From the NCBI GenBank assembly GCA_903874255.1, contig CAIQRN010000064.1, positions 1-50,856 on the forward strand: a DNA stretch of 50,856 nt. The letters are read 5' to 3'. This stretch comes from an uncultured Actinomycetes bacterium. Its GTDB lineage: Bacteria; Actinomycetota; Actinomycetes; Nanopelagicales; Nanopelagicaceae. Below are positions 20,632 to 30,253 of this stretch, piece by piece (the stretch's first letter is position 1; each line of letters begins with the position of its first letter). The notes under the pieces are model-generated. The model saw only the letters and a list, made by a program, of their open reading frames with translations, made no database searches and was not told where the DNA came from. The translations under genes were made by a program, and so were the position numbers.

Positions 20632-21243
20632 ATGACAAATCTGGATGCATCAAACAAAGCACGCTTACCACGCGACGAGCGTCGAGCGCTTTTACTCTCA
20701 GCAGCTTTAGAGGTTTTTACCGTTGCTGGTTATCACTCAGCAGCAATGGATGAAATTGCCGATCGAGCAAATGTAAGTAAGCCCGTGCTTTATCAGCATT
20801 TTCCTTCAAAACTTGAACTCTATTTAGCAGTTCTAGATTTGCATATTGATTCCTTGGTTTTTGAAATTCAGAAAGCAATTGCATCGACGCCAGATAATGC
20901 CAACCGTGTGCATGCAACCGTCGCTGCATATTTTGCATTTATTGAAAAAGAGGGTGAAGCTTTCCGATTGCTTTTTGAAAGTGACATGAGTGTTGAGCCA
21001 TCTGTTCGTGAACGACTTAATCGAATGACATATGACTGTGCCGCTGCAGCTAGCGCCGTCATTTCTATTGATACTGGACTTCCAAAAGAGGCATCGATGC
21101 TTCTTGGTGTTGGAATGATTGGGTACGCACAAGTAACTGCCCGACATTGGCTTGATCGCGACAGCGCTTTGACAAGAGATCAAGCCGTTGAATTAGTAAA
21201 TAACCTTATGTGGAGAGGTATTTCCGGTTTTCCACGCAATTAA
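20632..21243 (+). CDS. TetR-family regulator (Rv3208-like)
   Basis: HTH GYHSAAMDEIADRANVSKPVLYQHF; ends WRGISGFP; ATG 20632 is 7 nt after TACGAT. Confidence 0.92.
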   Translation: MTNLDASNKARLPRDERRALLLSAALEVFTVAGYHSAAMDEIADRANVSKPVLYQHFPSKLELYLAVLDLHIDSLVFEIQKAIASTPDNANRVHATVAAYFAFIEKEGEAFRLLFESDMSVEPSVRERLNRMTYDCAAAASAVISIDTGLPKEASMLLGVGMIGYAQVTARHWLDRDSALTRDQAVELVNNLMWRGISGFPRN

Positions 21244-21262
21244 CTCCGATAGGATTAGACAC

Positions 21263-21301
21263 ATGAGCTCCATTAAAAACAAATTTTCTGGCGCCGCTTA
21301 A
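21263..21301 (+). CDS. Putative leaderless upstream mini-ORF (MSSIKNKFSGAA)
   Basis: TAGGAT-N7-ATG; TAA ends 1 nt before the helicase GTG; not in the ORF track. Confidence 0.5.
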   Translation: MSSIKNKFSGAA

Positions 21302-21302
21302 C

Positions 21303-22637
21303 GTGTCAAAAACTTTCGCAGAACTACCACTACGCCCTGAAACTATCGAGGCTCTTCATGCCCATGGCTTTATCGCCCCTTTTGCAATTCAGGAGATGGT
21401 TCTTCCTATCGCCTTGAGTGATGGCGATGTCATCGGCCAAGCCAAAACCGGAACTGGAAAGACTCTTGCATTCGGTGTTCCAGTAATCGAACGAGTGATT
21501 GCTCCCAATGATTCCGAGTGGGAAAGTTTTGAGCACAAGGGAATGCCACAAGTATTAATCGTTGTTCCTACACGCGAACTGTGTACGCAAGTTACAAGAG
21601 ATATTGAAGAGTTGGCGAGTAATCGTGGAATTCGTACTTTGGCAGTTTATGGTGGACGCGCATTTGAACCACAAATTGAAGCATTGCAAGCTGGCATTGA
21701 AATCGTTGTAGGAACACCTGGGCGATTACTAGATTTATCGCGCCAAGGGCAATTGCGTTTAAAACAAGTTTCCCGCCTTGTCCTTGATGAAGCTGATGAA
21801 ATGTTGGATCTCGGTTTTCTTCCCGATGTCGAAAAAATTCTGGCCAACACTCCAAATCGCATGCAAACAATGCTTTTTTCAGCAACTATGCCTGGTGACA
21901 TCATCGCTTTAGCCCGTCGCTTCATGAACCAACCTATTCATATTCGCACACAGGACAGCGAAGATGAAGGCGCCGTTGTAACTCGAATTAAGCAGCACGT
22001 ATTACGTGCTCATGCGATGGATAAAATTGAAATGTTGGCCCGTATCTTGCAAGCCGATGGCCGTGGTCCAACTATGGTTTTCTGCCGCACGAAGCGCACC
22101 TGTCAAAAAACAGCTGAAGAGTTACTAGAGCGTGGTTTTAAAGCCGCACCCATCCATGGTGATCTTGGGCAGAGTGCACGTGAAAAAGCGCTCTCAGATT
22201 TCAAGGCCGGTAAATCAGATGTATTGGTTGCAACAGATGTTGCAGCTCGAGGAATCGATATCGATGGAATCACGCATGTTATTAATTATCAGTGCCCTGA
22301 AGATGAAAAAACTTATGTTCACCGCATTGGTCGTACAGCACGTGCAGGTGCACATGGAATCGCAGTTACTTTCGTTGATTGGGATGAATTAGCCCGTTGG
22401 AAAATGATTAATCAAACGCTAGATCTCGGCTTGGCCGAACCAGAAGAAACTTACTCTTCTTCCCCTCATCTATTTGAAGTACTAGATATTCCAGCGGGAT
22501 CTACTGGCCGAATTACTAAGGCAAAACCAGAAGTTAAAAAAGTTGAAACAAAAAAGCCGGCCGCCAAAAAAGCTGAAGCGCCAAAAGCTAAAACCGAGCG
22601 GACGCGTACACGAACTAAGAAGTTTAAAGAGAGTTAA
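21303..22637 (+). CDS. DEAD-box RNA helicase
   Basis: AKTGTGKT, PTREL, LDEAD, FSAT, ARGID, HRIGRTAR; Lys-rich tail. Confidence 0.96.
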   Translation: MSKTFAELPLRPETIEALHAHGFIAPFAIQEMVLPIALSDGDVIGQAKTGTGKTLAFGVPVIERVIAPNDSEWESFEHKGMPQVLIVVPTRELCTQVTRDIEELASNRGIRTLAVYGGRAFEPQIEALQAGIEIVVGTPGRLLDLSRQGQLRLKQVSRLVLDEADEMLDLGFLPDVEKILANTPNRMQTMLFSATMPGDIIALARRFMNQPIHIRTQDSEDEGAVVTRIKQHVLRAHAMDKIEMLARILQADGRGPTMVFCRTKRTCQKTAEELLERGFKAAPIHGDLGQSAREKALSDFKAGKSDVLVATDVAARGIDIDGITHVINYQCPEDEKTYVHRIGRTARAGAHGIAVTFVDWDELARWKMINQTLDLGLAEPEETYSSSPHLFEVLDIPAGSTGRITKAKPEVKKVETKKPAAKKAEAPKAKTERTRTRTKKFKES

Positions 22638-23245
22638 TTAGCAACAAAGATTCGGATCGCATCCACCAGCATTTGCACAGCGATGGCTGCAAGAAGTAAA
22701 CCAGCGATTCGAGCAACAAGAGTTACGCCGGCTTCCTTAATGACTTTCATGATTGTTGTTGATGCCATGAGTGCTGCAGCGATCGCTAAGTGAACGGCCA
22801 CTACAGCACCTACTAAACCAAAAGCCATACTTGGACCGTGAACTTGTTGCACGAAGATCATTGTTGCAACGATTGCACCAGGGCCGGCAAGTAATGGAGT
22901 GCCGAGTGGAACTAAAGCAATATTGGCATCTTGCCCCTCGCCTCGTCCGCTCCCCTTGCCACCTGTAAGCAAATCAAGTGAGATTAAAAGCAAGAGCAAT
23001 GCACCTGCAGCTTGCATGGCGGCAATGGAGACGTTGAGGTAACTCAAAATAAAGCGGCCAAATAAAGCAAAAATTGAAATCACAATGAGAGAAACACCTG
23101 CAGCTTTTAGCGCTAGAACTCTGCGCTCTTTAGGGGTTTTATCTGCAACTAGTGCCAAGAAAATTGGAGTTGCGCCAGGCGGATCCATGATGACAAATAG
23201 AGTTACAAAACTCTGTACGGCAAAAGTTAACGCACTAATTTTCAT
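22634..23245 (-). CDS. MarC family membrane protein
   Basis: TLFVIMDPPG, VPLGTPLLAGPGAI; ATG 23245 overlaps the PHP stop. Confidence 0.92.
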   Translation of the reverse strand: MKISALTFAVQSFVTLFVIMDPPGATPIFLALVADKTPKERRVLALKAAGVSLIVISIFALFGRFILSYLNVSIAAMQAAGALLLLLISLDLLTGGKGSGRGEGQDANIALVPLGTPLLAGPGAIVATMIFVQQVHGPSMAFGLVGAVVAVHLAIAAALMASTTIMKVIKEAGVTLVARIAGLLLAAIAVQMLVDAIRIFVAN

Positions 23246-24087
23246 ACTCGCACAACCCTTCTCGCATCTGCCTGAGATTCTAATTTTTCCCATTCCAACG
23301 GATCGGTTTGGCACTCAGCTAATAAATTAACTTTACCGCCACCGTGATAGTCGCTGGAACCAGTTATTGCTAAATCAAGTTCGCGCGCAATTGTTCGAAG
23401 CATCGCTCTTTCTTCGGGCGTTTGATCTCGATGGTCAACTTCAATTCCATTAAGCCCTGCGGTGACCATAGGTTCAAAATCACTTGGCTTGAGAATCTGA
23501 CCGCGATGCGAAGCAAATGGATGCGCAATAACAGCAACGCCTCCAGCCCGGCGAATCATTGCAATCGCTTCGGCAGGCGTAGGGGCGGCATGTGAAACAT
23601 AAAAAATAGAGTCATTATTGAGCATTCCATTAAAAGCTTCCTCACGGGATGCAATGATGCCTTTGCTCACGAGCGCATCGGCTAAATGTGGTCTGCCAAG
23701 GGTTGCGCCAACAGGTTTAACTGCTTCAACATCATCCATCGAAATATCGAATCCGGCGCTGCGCATTTTCTCAATCATTTTTCGCATTCGAGGAATTCGT
23801 CCATCACGTGTTTCCTCAAGCATGATTTGCATTTCTGCATGAGTCTCATCAAAAAGCAGGCCGAGCATGTGCACACTTACTCCATCACTTGTTAGACAGG
23901 AAATTTCACTTCCTAAAACAAGTGACAAGTTGCCACGCAAAGTTTGCTTGGCTTCTTGCCAACTACTGGTTGTGTCGTGATCACTTATGCCAAGCACCGT
24001 TAAGCCCTGCACGATGGCTTTATTGACTAACTCTCTGGGACTATCTGTGCCATCGCTCTTATTTGTATGTGTATGTAAATCAATCAT
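23242..24087 (-). CDS. PHP-domain phosphoesterase (TrpH/YciV-like)
   Basis: IDLHTHT..SDG, ISDHD, GRPH, AHP, TGSSDYHG; ATG 24087 overlaps the DMT stop. Confidence 0.92.
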   Translation of the reverse strand: MIDLHTHTNKSDGTDSPRELVNKAIVQGLTVLGISDHDTTSSWQEAKQTLRGNLSLVLGSEISCLTSDGVSVHMLGLLFDETHAEMQIMLEETRDGRIPRMRKMIEKMRSAGFDISMDDVEAVKPVGATLGRPHLADALVSKGIIASREEAFNGMLNNDSIFYVSHAAPTPAEAIAMIRRAGGVAVIAHPFASHRGQILKPSDFEPMVTAGLNGIEVDHRDQTPEERAMLRTIARELDLAITGSSDYHGGGKVNLLAECQTDPLEWEKLESQADARRVVRV

Positions 24088-25001
24088 GGCGTTAATTCCG
24101 GCTTTGAACTGCGCGAACGCGTAACAACTAAAACGCATCCAATTAAAATCAAAGCAATACCGGGAAGAATTCCAAGTGGCGGAGTTTGTCCTAACCACCA
24201 AATTGCTAGCAAGGAACTTACTGGAACCTCAAAGAAAATAATCAATGAAACTATTGCTGGAGAAACCCGTTTGAGAGCGGCATTAAACATTGAATGCCCA
24301 AGTATTTGTGCACCAAAAACTAGGCCTAGCAAAATCCACCATTCTCGTGCCGAAAAATGCAGGACGGGGAAACCCATAACCAGTGCCATTGGAAGTGCGG
24401 TTATGGCGCACACGAAATAGCAGATTGATGTGTATACAGTTGTTTCAACGGTTCTTTGTGCTTTGGATCCAGCCATCATGTAAAGCGCGGCAAGAGCTGC
24501 AGAAATAAGAGCTGCGAGGTCACCAAGAAATTTATGGAGTGATATATGCAAATCAATACCAGAAATTAGAAGCACTCCAGAAAAACTTACAATCATTCCC
24601 AGCCAGGCCTTAGATGGAATATGCCCGCCACTAAGTTTTACAAATAACGCCGCAAAGATTGGCTGTAGGGCAACGAGCGCAGTTCCGGCAGCAACACTTG
24701 TCCAACGCATTGCAAGGAAGAAACCAACAAAGTGGATAGCAAGCAAAAAACCAGCGATTACCGCCCACTTAACACCGTTGCGATTTTTTGGATGGTGCAG
24801 CGCAAAAGGCAGCGTAAGCAATGAGCCGCCGAGATTTCTCCAAAATATTAAAGTCGGAATAGGCATTGCACTCATTGCAATTAGTGGTCCTGAAGTACCT
24901 ATACCCAGAATGCCAACGCCTAATCGTATTAAATCGGGCCGACCTGGAATCGTGGTGTGACTGTCTCGCGCATGCATCTCTGGGGCGAGTTCTTTACTCA
25001 T
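24084..25001 (-). CDS. DMT/EamA family transporter
   Basis: About 10 TM helices, TSVAAGTALVALQP, GHSMFN. Confidence 0.88.
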   Translation of the reverse strand: MSKELAPEMHARDSHTTIPGRPDLIRLGVGILGIGTSGPLIAMSAMPIPTLIFWRNLGGSLLTLPFALHHPKNRNGVKWAVIAGFLLAIHFVGFFLAMRWTSVAAGTALVALQPIFAALFVKLSGGHIPSKAWLGMIVSFSGVLLISGIDLHISLHKFLGDLAALISAALAALYMMAGSKAQRTVETTVYTSICYFVCAITALPMALVMGFPVLHFSAREWWILLGLVFGAQILGHSMFNAALKRVSPAIVSLIIFFEVPVSSLLAIWWLGQTPPLGILPGIALILIGCVLVVTRSRSSKPELTP

Positions 25002-25022
25002 GGGAGAAAGGTACCCAATGAA

Positions 25023-26144
25023 TTAGGGAGTAATCCCCAAACGCACTCCAACAAGGGACTTACTTCGTTTAATTAATTTTTCTGCAATATCGAAAAGGGC
25101 AAGGGCTGCAGGAGATTGTGGTGCTGATTCGATCACAGGAATTCCTTCATCGCCACCAGAACGCAATGCAGGACTAAATGCAATCTTTCCTAGTAGAGGA
25201 ACGTTGCTTCCAACTAAGGCTGAAAGCCGCACTGAAGTTTCTTCTCCGCCACCTTCGCCGAAGAGAGAAAGTTGTTCTCCGCATGTTGGGCATGGGAAAG
25301 CAGACATGTTTTCAATCACGCCGATAACTTGCTGATGTATCTGGTGTGCAATTCGTCCCGCACGTTCAGCAACCTCTGCTGCAGCAATCTGCGGAGTGGT
25401 CACTACAACTATTTCAGAATTTGGAATTAATTGTCCAAGTGAAATTGCAAGATCGCCAGTTCCTGGTGGTAAATCAATAAGTAAGACATCAAGATCGCCC
25501 CAATACGCATCTGATAGCAACTGTTCTAAGACTCGATGGAGCAAAGGACCTCTGTATGCAACTGGATCAGATCTCTCTGGTTTGAACATCTCCATAGAAA
25601 CGGTTTTTACGCCAAAAGATTCCAAGGGAATAAATAATTGATCGATTGCAGTAGGACGTTGGCCCATCAAACCCATTAAGCGGGGAATTGAATGCCCATA
25701 AACATCAGCATCAAGAATTCCTACTTGTAAACCTTTTTTGGCAAATGCAATTGCAAGATTTGCAGTGACTGAAGATTTTCCAACCCCGCCCTTGCCCGAT
25801 GCGATTCCAATTACACGAGTAAGTGATTCGGGTTGCGCAAATGGAATTGTTTTTTCGCGGCCATTACGAACCACTTTCTTCACATGATCACGCTGCTCTT
25901 GTGACATCACGCCAAAACTCAGTGCAATACTTTTTACACCCTCTACATCCGTGATGGCCTTTGTTATATCGCTACGCAAACGATCTTGCATAGGACAACC
26001 GGAAATAGTCAATAAAATCTTTACAGTTACTGCGCCATTTTCCTCTGATAAATCTTCGACCATTCCGAGATCTGTAATCGATCTGTGAAGTTCGGGATCT
26101 TGAACTGTGGTTAAAGCATCAGCTAGCGTATCGATAAGACTCAT
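25023..26144 (-). CDS. mrp: Mrp/NBP35 Fe-S cluster carrier ATPase
   Basis: VQDPEL (DUF59), SGKGGVGKS, DLPPGTGD, ENMS..CPTC. Confidence 0.95.
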   Translation of the reverse strand: MSLIDTLADALTTVQDPELHRSITDLGMVEDLSEENGAVTVKILLTISGCPMQDRLRSDITKAITDVEGVKSIALSFGVMSQEQRDHVKKVVRNGREKTIPFAQPESLTRVIGIASGKGGVGKSSVTANLAIAFAKKGLQVGILDADVYGHSIPRLMGLMGQRPTAIDQLFIPLESFGVKTVSMEMFKPERSDPVAYRGPLLHRVLEQLLSDAYWGDLDVLLIDLPPGTGDLAISLGQLIPNSEIVVVTTPQIAAAEVAERAGRIAHQIHQQVIGVIENMSAFPCPTCGEQLSLFGEGGGEETSVRLSALVGSNVPLLGKIAFSPALRSGGDEGIPVIESAPQSPAALALFDIAEKLIKRSKSLVGVRLGITP

Positions 26145-26446
26145 ATAAGTTCTGGATCTATCTTTGCCAAGGGTTTAGCTGACTTCTTAACTGGTTGTTC
26201 ATCAAGTAAATCGCCCAACTGTTTTTTAACAAAGTTTTTAGGGTGTAAATCCTCTGGTTGCAGGTTTTCAAAACCTGGTCCTAGATTCTCGCGAAGTTCG
26301 GCAGTAGCCGATTGGGCAAGGCCGCGAGCCTTTTTTAGCCACTGTGCTGCTTCAACTGCGACTTTCGGCAAACGCTCAGGACCCACCAAAATCATGCCAA
26401 CAATGGCAAGACCTAGGATTTCACCTGCGCCGATATCGAAGAACAT
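26141..26446 (-). CDS. tatB: Tat translocase subunit TatB
   Basis: MFFDIGAGE...VGPERLP...DLHPKNFV; between htrA and mrp. Confidence 0.9.
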   Translation of the reverse strand: MFFDIGAGEILGLAIVGMILVGPERLPKVAVEAAQWLKKARGLAQSATAELRENLGPGFENLQPEDLHPKNFVKKQLGDLLDEQPVKKSAKPLAKIDPELI

Positions 26447-26474
26447 ATGCGAAGCCTACCCACAAATTCCAAAA

Positions 26475-27602
26475 TTAGTTTTTCGCAGCAATAAGAGTCA
26501 AAGTGACTGTGCTCGCTTTGTCATTGCGCACATAAGTTATTTTGACCATATCTCCCACGTTTTTAGCGCGCACTGCAACTATAAGTTCATCTGGGGTGTT
26601 GATTGTGCGATCTTCAAATTTGGTAATCACATCACCAGCACGAAGGCCGGCTTTAGCTGCTGGACCACCCTTCATAATTGCTGAAGAAGATTTTGCAATT
26701 AGCGCCCCAATTCCTGTGTAGTTCATATCGATAGATACACCAAGGATTGGATATGTAGCCTTACCGGTTTTAATTAATTGATCTGCAGTTTTACGGGCTT
26801 GATTAATTGGAATCGCAAAACCTAATCCGATTGAGCCAGTCTGTGATGTAGAACCGAGTGAAGCAATTGCAGAATTAACGCCGATTACAGCGCCAGTTGC
26901 ATCGACTAATGGGCCGCCAGAGTTTCCTGGATTAATTGCGGCATCGGTTTGTAATGCGTTAATAAATGAATTATCTAAACCAGATTCACCCGCAGTGACG
27001 GGACGATTCATTGCGCTAATTATCCCAGAAGTAACGGTGCCAGATAAACCAAGCGGAGAACCGATAGCAATAACTGGATCACCAACTGCAACCAAATCAC
27101 TATTACCAAACTCTAGTGCTGGCAGATTTGTTGCATTAATTTTAATGATCGCGAGATCATATGCGGATTCTCGCCCAATTATTGTGCCGTCGAATGATTC
27201 GCCGTTATTAAGCGTAACTTGAAGTGTTCCGCTCCCGTCAGCAACATCGGCGATGACGTGATTGTTAGTTAAAATATAACCACTACTATCAATAACAAAT
27301 CCTGAACCGGTTCCACCACCATTAGCTGTGCGGGTAGTTATAGAAACCACAGAAGGTAAAACGCGTTTTGCAATTCCAGCTACTGAATCTGGGGCGCGTT
27401 CGATAGTGCTTGAAGAATCAACAATATTGGCCATATGAAATAGATTTCCACCACTAGCCGTGACTCCTAGAAACCCGCCTAAAGAACTTGCCAGTAAAGC
27501 CACAATAAAAATATTGCCACGCGATTTCTTTTGCGGTGCAGGGGTTTCCCACCAAGGGCGAACTGTTTGAGGTCTGTTTTTTCTAGGAAAAATCATGTGC
27601 AT
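26475..27602 (-). CDS. htrA: HtrA/DegP serine protease with PDZ domain
   Basis: TM anchor, TNNHV, QTDAAINPGNSGG, C-terminal PDZ. Confidence 0.95.
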   Translation of the reverse strand: MHMIFPRKNRPQTVRPWWETPAPQKKSRGNIFIVALLASSLGGFLGVTASGGNLFHMANIVDSSSTIERAPDSVAGIAKRVLPSVVSITTRTANGGGTGSGFVIDSSGYILTNNHVIADVADGSGTLQVTLNNGESFDGTIIGRESAYDLAIIKINATNLPALEFGNSDLVAVGDPVIAIGSPLGLSGTVTSGIISAMNRPVTAGESGLDNSFINALQTDAAINPGNSGGPLVDATGAVIGVNSAIASLGSTSQTGSIGLGFAIPINQARKTADQLIKTGKATYPILGVSIDMNYTGIGALIAKSSSAIMKGGPAAKAGLRAGDVITKFEDRTINTPDELIVAVRAKNVGDMVKITYVRNDKASTVTLTLIAAKN

Positions 27603-27608
27603 ATCTTG

Positions 27609-28235
27609 CTACAACTTTGTTGCAACTAACAATCCATCACCAACGGGAATCAAGGTACTCACCCAATGTTCTGTGTCATTCTTAATCATTTTCCCAGCAT
27701 CACGAAGCGCCACGGTTCGTGGGTCGCGTTGGGCCGGATCATTGACTTTAGATCCTCCAAAAAAATTATCAATTACAAGCGTGCCACCGCTGCGCAAAAT
27801 CCGATGGGTTTCTCCAATTACATAGGATAAATCCTCAGGATTATGGCGAAGCACTACCAAGTCATATGCCCTATCGGTGAGTTTAGAAATTACTTCAAGA
27901 ACCGAATTTGTAATCAACCGGTATCGGTTTTGAGGAATATCAGCATCGCTAAAAGCTAATTTTGCTATCTGCGTATGTTCCATCTCATCATCAATAGAAG
28001 TTAGCGTTCCACTATTGATCATTCCATCTAGAAGCCACAAACTTCCGACTCCTGATCCAGTCCCAACTTCAACGACTGATTGGGCCGACAAAGTGAAAGC
28101 AAGGTGTCGAAGATATGCACCAACTCCTGGAGTTACATCGGTGGCCCCAACTTCGATTCCGCGCGCACGAGCCTGTGATTTGAAATGGTCTTCGACGATG
28201 AAACTCTCTGCGTACTCGTGAGGATCTGTTTTCAT
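27609..28235 (-). CDS. O-methyltransferase (Rv1220c-like)
   Basis: VVEVGTGSGVGSLWL SAM motif, ends PVGDGLL; ATG 28235 overlaps the pepA stop. Confidence 0.88.
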   Translation of the reverse strand: MKTDPHEYAESFIVEDHFKSQARARGIEVGATDVTPGVGAYLRHLAFTLSAQSVVEVGTGSGVGSLWLLDGMINSGTLTSIDDEMEHTQIAKLAFSDADIPQNRYRLITNSVLEVISKLTDRAYDLVVLRHNPEDLSYVIGETHRILRSGGTLVIDNFFGGSKVNDPAQRDPRTVALRDAGKMIKNDTEHWVSTLIPVGDGLLVATKL

Positions 28236-29722
28236 TGCAAGTCCATGATCCACTGAGTCAAAAGTCGAACACCAAAACCAGTACCACCTTTAGGGTTTTC
28301 GCCTGCATCAGACTCACTGCGTCCAGTTCCTGCAATATCGAGGTGAACCCAACGACGGCTTCCAGCAAAATGTTCAAGGAAAAGTGCAGCAGTTACTGAT
28401 CCTGCTGAAAACTTAGCTTTTTTTGCTATGTGATTAAAATCTGCAATATCACTTGCCAAGGCATCTTTGTAATCATCAACTAGTGGCATATGCCAAACTC
28501 GGTCACCAGATTTATTGCCGGCAGTTTCAAATGATTGCGCTAACTTTTTATCACGCGTATACATCGCCGCGTATTGCCTACCAAGACCAAGGGTTGCCGC
28601 TCCAGTTAACGTTGCAATGTCTACCAAATAATCAGGGTTCAAATTCTTGTCGGCATATGCCAGGCCATCAGCTAAAACTAAACGGCCTTCGGCATCAGTA
28701 TCGATAACTTCTACAGTTGTTCCGCCATAGTGCGTAATGACATCACTCGGGCGTTGGGCAGTTCCAGAGAAAGCGTTTTCTGCACACATCATCAACGCAC
28801 TTACTCGAACTTGCGGTTGTAACTCTTCTAAGGCTGTCAACGTTGCCAAAATCGCTGCTGCTCCAGCCATGTCACTCTTCATAGGAATCATTAGATCGTA
28901 TGGGCGCTTCAAATTGATTCCACCAGTATCGTAAGTAATTCCTTTACCGACTAACACAACATGGGGTATTTGTTTCTTTCCAGAGTTTTTTGCTTTTGGT
29001 GCATAATCCACGTGAATGAACCGTGGACCTGGTTTAGGAGAAGAATTACCAACGGCACGAAGTCCGCCAAATTCTTGTAACTCCTTACCCGCGAGCGCCT
29101 TTACTGTGAGTCCTGTGCCTTTGGCGAACTCTTTAGCTTTTGAAACCATCCACGCAGGATTCTTAATATTAGAAGGCGTATGAACCAGATCACGAGCACG
29201 CGCAATCGCTTTCGAAATAGAGATAGCAGCATTGAATGTCTCCTTATCGTCGGTGGCAACTAAAAATGTTGGAACCCCTGCAGCTTCGCCTGACTTCAAA
29301 CTCCAGAGATAAGCACCTAACGTAAGCGCAATTGCTTGCGCTTTGATGTCTTCACTCTTAATCGCTGATGCGCAAAATACAGTTGTCTTCTTACCGCGAA
29401 CTTTTCTGGCAATAGAAGTTCCCGCAACTCTCATTGAAGGCGTTGAAGCATCACCAATTCCTACCAAGAAAATCCGATCGACTTGTGCATCTTGTGCACT
29501 TACTGGAATTTCAAAGAGTTCGCCGGCCTTACCAGTCGGATTAAAAAAAGAAATTTCATCGCACAGTGTTATTGAGAAGTATTTTTCAATATCTGCAATA
29601 AGAGTCTTTGGAGCAGAAAAGGAAAAACTTCCATCCGTATTCTTACAAAAGGAAATTGCAATTGAATCAGCGGCAACAGCAGAGGAAATCTGGGGCTTTG
29701 CAGCTTTTAGTATCCAAGACAT
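28232..29722 (-). CDS. pepA: Leucyl aminopeptidase (M17)
   Basis: VGKGITYDTGG, MKSDMAG, DTDAEGRL, ATLTG, WVHLDIAG. Confidence 0.93.
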   Translation of the reverse strand: MSWILKAAKPQISSAVAADSIAISFCKNTDGSFSFSAPKTLIADIEKYFSITLCDEISFFNPTGKAGELFEIPVSAQDAQVDRIFLVGIGDASTPSMRVAGTSIARKVRGKKTTVFCASAIKSEDIKAQAIALTLGAYLWSLKSGEAAGVPTFLVATDDKETFNAAISISKAIARARDLVHTPSNIKNPAWMVSKAKEFAKGTGLTVKALAGKELQEFGGLRAVGNSSPKPGPRFIHVDYAPKAKNSGKKQIPHVVLVGKGITYDTGGINLKRPYDLMIPMKSDMAGAAAILATLTALEELQPQVRVSALMMCAENAFSGTAQRPSDVITHYGGTTVEVIDTDAEGRLVLADGLAYADKNLNPDYLVDIATLTGAATLGLGRQYAAMYTRDKKLAQSFETAGNKSGDRVWHMPLVDDYKDALASDIADFNHIAKKAKFSAGSVTAALFLEHFAGSRRWVHLDIAGTGRSESDAGENPKGGTGFGVRLLTQWIMDLQ

Positions 29723-29750
29723 GCGTTGAAGGCTATCGCCTGTTGTTGAT

Positions 29751-29930
29751 TTACTTCTTAACTAAAGCAACCGCGGCATGTAATGCGGCGCTTAGGTTAT
29801 TGGCCTCTTCTGAGTTGAGTTCAACTACAAGACGTCCGCCGCCTTCGAGAGGAATGCGCATAACCAGAGATCGGGCTTCCTTAGTGACCTCCATAGGACC
29901 ATCACCGGTACGAGGTTTCATGGCTGCCAT
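29751..29930 (-). CDS. DUF3117 family protein
   Basis: MAAMKPRTGDGPMEVTKEARSLVMRIPLEGGGRLVVEL; SD AAGGAG upstream of ATG 29930. Confidence 0.93.
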   Translation of the reverse strand: MAAMKPRTGDGPMEVTKEARSLVMRIPLEGGGRLVVELNSEEANNLSAALHAAVALVKK

Positions 29931-30022
29931 ATGGAGACTCCTTTGAAGGGAAATGAAGGGAAGTGATTCAAGAGGAGAAGTATCTCGCATGTAATGGGCT
30001 AGAGCGAAATCGTCTCTATGCG

Positions 30023-30214
30023 CTAGAGGCCCAACATGGCGCTTAATCTGGCTTTACCGCTTGAAATCACCGCGCTGACCGAGCGTTCAGGGACCTGGAG
30101 CAGCGTTGCGATCTCGGGGGCCGACATTGATTTTAGGTAGTGAAGGGTCAGAACTATGCGTTCTTCCTCCGGCAATCCCGCAAGCGCTTTGGCTAGTGGG
30201 GTTGTCTGGCTCAT
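30023..30214 (-). CDS. Stand-alone sigma-70 region 4 HTH protein (63 aa)
   Basis: ALAGLPEEERIVLTLHY...MSAPEIATLLQVPERSV...GKARL; TAACCT 7 nt upstream. Confidence 0.8.
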   Translation of the reverse strand: MSQTTPLAKALAGLPEEERIVLTLHYLKSMSAPEIATLLQVPERSVSAVISSGKARLSAMLGL

Positions 30215-30253
30215 GGCACCAAGGTTACTGGGTGAGTAATCAAGTTCGGCGCT

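Noticed and set aside
20518-20657. Apparent head-to-head overlap of moeZ and TetR in the ORF track
   Set aside because: Artefact of longest-ORF starts; plausible starts at 20549 and 20632 leave an 82-bp spacer.
22515-22630. Lys/Ala-rich helicase tail, and the Ser/Pro/Thr run in LCP near 35420-35475, as DNA repeats
   Set aside because: Low-complexity protein linkers without a regular nucleotide repeat unit.
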